A stretch of DNA of 12,105 nt, taken from NCBI GenBank assembly GCA_046757025.1, contig JBHHXN010000157.1:1-12105 (forward strand), read 5' to 3'. Origin of the DNA: a bacterium. Lineage in GTDB: Bacteria > Zhuqueibacterota > Zhuqueibacteria > Oceanimicrobiales > Oceanimicrobiaceae. The translations under genes and the position numbers were made by a program. Shown in pieces: positions 7,996 to 12,105 of this stretch. The stretch's first letter is position 1. Each line of letters starts with the position of its first letter. Under the pieces are notes generated by a model. It saw only the letters and a program-made list of their open reading frames with translations, did no database searches and was not told the origin of the DNA.

Positions 7996-9267
7996 TCAAA
8001 ATACGCCAACCGCTTTTAACGCAATGATGATGCTGGTGGCCTGTCCCACGATCAACGTGATTTCTCGGATTCCAAATTCGTTTCTTTTAGGTACGAACAC
8101 CGTGTCACCAGGCTCGACGGCTATATTTGCTCCTTTGAGCTGCTCAGTCCCCCCTCTTCGGATGATTTTGCTTTTCGATAAATCCACCGCCAGCTCATGG
8201 CTGCCTGCCAACCCCACATAATCCCGTACAGCCAAACCGGGAACATAGGGAAACGCGCCGGGATTGCGAACCGCCCCGATGACAAAGACGTCTTCGTACC
8301 TCTGCGGCACCAGGATGACGTCCCCATCTTCCAAATAGAAATTAGAAGTGCCGTTGCTTTGATTTTCCAGGAAGGGAAACAGGGGAATGATTTCAGGGTC
8401 CGGGTTATCAGCATTTCTTCTTTCGATGTAAGCATGATGCAGATCCGCTCGGCGATTTAGCGCGTTGACCCGCAGCAGAAAATCAAGAAGGGTTTCCTTC
8501 TCAACTAGTTGATAGGTACCCGGATCGCGAACGCGCCCTTCGATTTGCACCGTGGCCTGAGTGAATTTGATGGACGGAACGTAAATGACGTCGCCGCCCT
8601 GCACATAGATGTTGGTGTTGAGATTACCGAGTTTGGTATATTGATATAAATCCACGATATCGGTGCGGCCGTTCAAATGTCGGACTTCGATGGCGCGTTC
8701 AAAACCCCAATTGGTGAAACCGCCTGCCAGGTTGATGATATCGGAGACGCGATTTACCGCCAGAGCCGAATAGGGGCCTGGGTTGCGTACCTGCCCGGTT
8801 ACGTGCACGCGAAAACTTCGCACTTGAATCAAATTCGCGCTGATGGTGGATTGCACGTATTTCTTAGCGCCAGCCTGACTAACCATTTTCTGCACTTCGC
8901 GCAGAGATTTGCCGTCCACATTCAGGGTTCCGATGGTTGGGATGATCAGCTTGCCTTCCGGAGTGACCATGGTGTGTAAACCCGCTTCCATGGTTGACCA
9001 GATGTTGATTAAGAATTGATCGCCAGGCCCGACGATGTAGGTGTCGGGATCGATGGCGGCTTCCAGGGACTGGGCGTCGAACAGCATATCCAGACCGGGA
9101 CTCGTAAGCGTCTGCTGGCTTGAACTTTGTGTTTGAAATGCCCCCGGTGTGGAAATTCTCGTATCTTTGGATTCTTTTTTACCGCTGGTTGGGGGGTATT
9201 GAGCGGACAGCGGCTTCTGATAAAAAACAATGAAAACTGTGAATGTGTAAATGAAAAATTTCAACAT
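7996..9267 (-). CDS. Polysaccharide export protein (OPX; Wza/KpsD-like) with SLBB repeats
   Basis: Export motif YIVGPGDQFLINIW...VTPEGKLIIPTIG. Three SLBB repeats: VTGQVRNPGPY, IEGRVRDPGTY, VIGAVRNPGAF. Signal-peptide-like N-terminus from ATG 9267 (MLKFFIYTF..., 423 aa). The ORF-track start at 9306 overlaps the upstream gene. Confidence 0.85.
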   Translation of the reverse strand: MLKFFIYTFTVFIVFYQKPLSAQYPPTSGKKESKDTRISTPGAFQTQSSSQQTLTSPGLDMLFDAQSLEAAIDPDTYIVGPGDQFLINIWSTMEAGLHTMVTPEGKLIIPTIGTLNVDGKSLREVQKMVSQAGAKKYVQSTISANLIQVRSFRVHVTGQVRNPGPYSALAVNRVSDIINLAGGFTNWGFERAIEVRHLNGRTDIVDLYQYTKLGNLNTNIYVQGGDVIYVPSIKFTQATVQIEGRVRDPGTYQLVEKETLLDFLLRVNALNRRADLHHAYIERRNADNPDPEIIPLFPFLENQSNGTSNFYLEDGDVILVPQRYEDVFVIGAVRNPGAFPYVPGLAVRDYVGLAGSHELAVDLSKSKIIRRGGTEQLKGANIAVEPGDTVFVPKRNEFGIREITLIVGQATSIIIALKAVGVF

Positions 9268-9289
9268 TTGAAATTTGCTTTCAATGTAA

Positions 9290-10609
9290 TTATACGCCGC
9301 TGCCAAGGCGGACGATCTTGTCCCGACCTTTTTTCACCGCGCTGGTCGCGTTTCGGGTATCGATAACTAATTTAGCCTTTTGCACGATGTTATCGAAATT
9401 GTAGGCACTGTGATTGGCAGTAATGATGACACAGTCGGCTTCTGAAACCAGCTCGTCGGTTAATTCCTGCGAAGTGTAGGTGGTATTGAGCAGTTTAAAT
9501 TCCGGAACATAAGGGTCGTTGTACATGACATTTTGCGCGCCCCGATGAACCAGCAATTCGATAATTTTAAGTGCAGGTGAATTTCGGGTGTCGTCAACAT
9601 TTTTTTTAAAGGAAACACCCAGAAAAAGATATTTTGCGGTTTTCACGGCACCTCCGTTCATGCTTAAAGAACGGATGATCAAATCCAGTACATAGTACGG
9701 CATGTTTTCGTTGGTTCGGGCAGCCAGCTCAATAAAATCGCTGTGAAAATCGTATTCTTTGGCTTTCCAGGAAAGGTAGTACGGATCGACCAAGATGCAG
9801 TGACCACCAATCCCCGGTCCGGGGTAAAAGGGCATAAAACCGAAAGGTTTGGTGGCGGCCGCCTGCACCACTTCCCAAACGTCGATATTGCCCATGCGGT
9901 CACAGAGCTGGGCCAATTCATTGACCAATGCGATGTTCACGCTGCGAAAGATGTTTTCCAGCAGTTTGACCATTTCCGCTGTACGCGGAGAGGAGACGGG
10001 AACAATTTTTGAAATGATCTGCTGACAGGCTAAAACAGCCAACCTCGTGCATTTTTCGGTTTTGCCGCCCACTACCACCGGTGTGTTCGCTGTGGTGAAA
10101 TCTTTCCGTCCCGGATCGATTCGCTCTGGAGAAAACGCCAAATAATAATCCTGACCCACGACTAAACCGGTGGATTCCAATTTCGGCAGCAGCACTTTCT
10201 CTGTGGTTTCAGGGAATGTAGTGCTTTTCAAAATGACGAGCTGGTCTTTCCGCAAATGTGCGGTGATGTTATCAGCGGCTTCGTTTATGTAAGAAATATC
10301 GGGTTCTTTGTTGGGCGTGAAGGGTGTGGGCACGCAAATAAATAAAATATCGAGCTCACCCGTTCTGCCGTACTTGGTGGTGCCTTCAAGCATTCTGTCG
10401 GCCACCAGTTTTTGCAGGAGTTCGTCGTCTACATCCTCGATGTAATTTTCACCCCGATTTAGCATTTCAATTTTGCTGCGGTCGATATCGATGCCTAATA
10501 CATAAAAACCGTGGTCAGCAAATTCCACTGCCAGAGGGAGACCAACGTATCCAAGGCCGATGATACCAACTTTCGCGCTTTTATCTTTTATTTTCTCTTC
10601 TAATGACAT
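9290..10609 (-). CDS. Nucleotide-sugar dehydrogenase, UDP-N-acetylhexosamine 6-dehydrogenase type (WbpA/WecC/TviB family)
   Basis: Rossmann motif GLGYVG, plus ICVPTP, SPERIDPG, KLLENIFRSVNIALVNEL and the catalytic Cys motif GPGIGGHC..DP. A GGGGGAG ribosome-binding site lies upstream. Substrate specificity cannot be fixed by eye. Confidence 0.9.
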   Translation of the reverse strand: MSLEEKIKDKSAKVGIIGLGYVGLPLAVEFADHGFYVLGIDIDRSKIEMLNRGENYIEDVDDELLQKLVADRMLEGTTKYGRTGELDILFICVPTPFTPNKEPDISYINEAADNITAHLRKDQLVILKSTTFPETTEKVLLPKLESTGLVVGQDYYLAFSPERIDPGRKDFTTANTPVVVGGKTEKCTRLAVLACQQIISKIVPVSSPRTAEMVKLLENIFRSVNIALVNELAQLCDRMGNIDVWEVVQAAATKPFGFMPFYPGPGIGGHCILVDPYYLSWKAKEYDFHSDFIELAARTNENMPYYVLDLIIRSLSMNGGAVKTAKYLFLGVSFKKNVDDTRNSPALKIIELLVHRGAQNVMYNDPYVPEFKLLNTTYTSQELTDELVSEADCVIITANHSAYNFDNIVQKAKLVIDTRNATSAVKKGRDKIVRLGSGV

Positions 10610-10624
10610 GGGGTTCTCCCCCTT

Positions 10625-11629
10625 CTAAAAGGTTGATTGGTACTGTTTTTTGTAGTACTCTAAATAATCGCCGCTTTTGATTTTTTCCCACCACCAACGG
10701 TTTTCGATGAACCAGTGAATCGTCAAATCCAGAGCGTGCTCGAAATCATGGCCGGGCTGCCAGCCCAATGCGTGCAGTTTGGAGCAATCCAGAGAATAGC
10801 GACGATCGTGTCCCTTGCGATCGGTGACAAAGGTCATCAGCGATTTTGGTTTTTCTAATTTTTGCAGGATGTACTCGGTAATTTCCAGATTGGTTTTTTC
10901 GTTTCCCCCGCCGATGTTGTAATCCTCCCCGATTTTTCCATGCAGATAAACGAAGTCGATGGCCTCACAGTGGTCTTCCACGTAAATCCAATCGCGCACG
11001 TTTTTTCCGTCTCCGTAAATAGGGAGCGGTTTGTCATCCAGTGCATTGGTGACAAACAGAGGAATGAGCTTTTCGGGATAATGATACGGACCAAAATTAT
11101 TGGAACAGCGGGTAATCTGAACAGGCAGATCGTAGGTGACGAAATAGGAGTACGCCAGTCTGTCCGCACCGGCTTTGGAGGCGGAATAGGGACTCGAGGG
11201 CTTCAGTGGATCGGTTTCCCCGAATGAGCCTTTTTCGATGCTGCCGTAAACTTCGTCTGTGCTGATCTGGATAAATCGTTCGATGTGGTTTTGGCGTGCG
11301 GCTTCCAGTAGAACGAACGCGCCGAAAATGTCTGTTTTGATAAAATCGTCCGGCGCTCCGATGGAACGATCCACATGACTTTCTGCTGCAAAGTTGACCA
11401 CGACATTCATTTCCGCCATGATCTCATTGACCAGAATTTCGTTGCAGATGTCGCCTTTAATAAATTTATAGTTGGGATTGTTTTCAATGTCTTTCAGGTT
11501 ATCAAGATTCCCAGCGTAGGTGAGCTTGTCTAAATTGATGATTTCAACATCCTTGTATTTTTTAAGCATATATCGAATGAAGTTGCTTCCGATAAAGCCG
11601 GCCCCTCCTGTGACCAAAATTTTTTTCAT
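10625..11629 (-). CDS. rfbB: dTDP-glucose 4,6-dehydratase
   Basis: Motifs LVTGGAGFIGSNF, DKLTYAGN, FAAESHVDRSI, ISTDEVYG, PSSPYSASKA, PEKLIP, NVRDWIYVEDHC and DRKGHDRRY. Confidence 0.96.
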   Translation of the reverse strand: MKKILVTGGAGFIGSNFIRYMLKKYKDVEIINLDKLTYAGNLDNLKDIENNPNYKFIKGDICNEILVNEIMAEMNVVVNFAAESHVDRSIGAPDDFIKTDIFGAFVLLEAARQNHIERFIQISTDEVYGSIEKGSFGETDPLKPSSPYSASKAGADRLAYSYFVTYDLPVQITRCSNNFGPYHYPEKLIPLFVTNALDDKPLPIYGDGKNVRDWIYVEDHCEAIDFVYLHGKIGEDYNIGGGNEKTNLEITEYILQKLEKPKSLMTFVTDRKGHDRRYSLDCSKLHALGWQPGHDFEHALDLTIHWFIENRWWWEKIKSGDYLEYYKKQYQSTF

Positions 11630-11637
11630 AAATTCAT

Positions 11638-11643
11638 CTCCTT
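11638..11643 (-). promoter_or_regulatory. Shine-Dalgarno site of rfbB
   Basis: AAGGAG on the minus strand, 8 nt upstream of the ATG at 11629. Confidence 0.75.
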
Positions 11644-11695
11644 CTGAGGTAGTGCGATGTTTGTTGGTAAATTGTGTTAGTGAATTTAATTGGGG

Positions 11696-11724
11696 AAAGT
11701 AAAAAATCCTGATTTAAAAATCAA
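11696..11724 (-). promoter_or_regulatory. Candidate sigma70-type promoter for the polysaccharide operon
   Basis: The minus strand reads TTGATT (11724-11719), 17 nt, TACTTT (11701-11696). The AT-rich context makes a chance match possible. Confidence 0.4.
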
Positions 11725-11850
11725 TGATTTTGTGCGATGTGTAAATTCCTTAAAATTCAAGAGGAATAGCAGAAAAATGGTACATTGATGTTCCATGCGA
11801 ATTAAAGAGCAACTTTTGTGGTTTAATTAAGAGTTCGGTTCAAAAACATC

Positions 11851-11879
11851 TTGACTATTTGTTAAAGAATTCATAAATT
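11851..11879 (+). promoter_or_regulatory. Sigma70-type promoter of the tRNA locus
   Basis: TTGACT (11851-11856), 17 nt, TAAATT (11874-11879), followed by a GC-rich discriminator-like GCGTCG. It lies ~30 nt upstream of the first tRNA copy. Confidence 0.7.
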
Positions 11880-11910
11880 AGCGTCGTTTAATTCCAGAAG
11901 ACTACGAGAT

Positions 11911-11989
11911 TCCTCGGTAGCTCAATCGGCAGAGCGGGTGGCTGTTATCCCGAGGAATCGGGATGTAGGTTCGAGTCGCATCTGAGGGT
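11911..11989 (+). pseudogene. Degenerate tRNA-Asn(GTT)-like sequence
   Basis: The 5' half is intact: TCCTCGG, D-arm GCTC-AATCGGCA-GAGC, GGTGG, loop CTGTTA. The 3' strand of the anticodon stem, which should read CCACC, is replaced by TCCCGAGGAATCGGGA. The T-loop GGTTCGAGTC is retained but the T-stem is mismatched (GTAGG/CGCAT). The acceptor 3' strand CTGAGGG pairs with two G-U wobbles. The discriminator is T and there is no CCA. Confidence 0.75.
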
Positions 11990-12068
11990 TCATTTGAGTT
12001 GTGTAAGGCAAGAATTAACCCTTACGTAAGAATAAAATACGTCCTGCTTTTGTAATAAGTCAGTAAAT

Positions 12069-12105
12069 TCCTCGGTAGCTCAATCGGCAGAGCGGGTGGC
12101 TGTTA
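12069..12105 (+). tRNA. trnN: tRNA-Asn(GTT), 5' part, truncated by the window end
   Basis: TCCTCGGTAGCTCAATCGGCAGAGCGGGTGGCTGTTA gives the acceptor 5' strand, D-arm, anticodon 5' strand and GTT anticodon. The 3' half is not visible, so whether it is intact is unknown. Confidence 0.75.

Noticed and set aside
974..11702. Numerous 60-153-aa ORFs antisense to, or out of frame within, the main genes
   Set aside because: They overlap well-supported CDSs and carry no recognisable motifs, so they are treated as shadow ORFs.
11630..11850. JUMPStart/ops element upstream of the operon
   Set aside because: No GGCGGTAG-like ops sequence was seen on the minus strand in this leader.
11947..12068. Possible intron-containing, split or permuted tRNA-Asn, or tmRNA
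   Set aside because: The missing CCACC anticodon 3' strand does not reappear before the second copy, so splicing cannot restore a tRNA. The segment is too short for a group I intron, and there is no tmRNA-like terminus or tag ORF.

Overview
A bacterial surface-polysaccharide (CPS/EPS/O-antigen-like) cluster runs along the minus strand: dTDP-glucose 4,6-dehydratase (rfbB) > UDP-HexNAc 6-dehydrogenase > SLBB-repeat polysaccharide export protein > Wzz/GumC-type co-polymerase > Wzx flippase > fused nucleotidyltransferase/HAD-IIA protein > TagF-family CDP-polyol phosphotransferase > Wzy/WaaL-like membrane protein. An ~860-bp intergenic region packed with palindromic and MITE-like repeats follows, then the probable start of a glycosyltransferase at the left edge. 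Transcribed divergently at the right end, behind a sigma70-type promoter, are two tandem tRNA-Asn(GTT) sequences. The first is degenerate, with the 3' strand of its anticodon stem replaced by an ATCCCGA-GGAA-TCGGGAT hairpin. The second is cut off by the window edge. Three things stand out. (1) The nucleotidyltransferase-HAD fusion beside a TagF-type transferase resembles a fused version of the pneumococcal Gtp2+Gtp3 CDP-2-glycerol pathway. (2) A tiny TCCCG..CGGGA hairpin recurs in the tRNA pseudogene, in the REP-like element and in an intergenic gap. (3) A REP-like palindrome is nested inside a MITE-like element. All family assignments come from motif recognition by eye; no searches were run.
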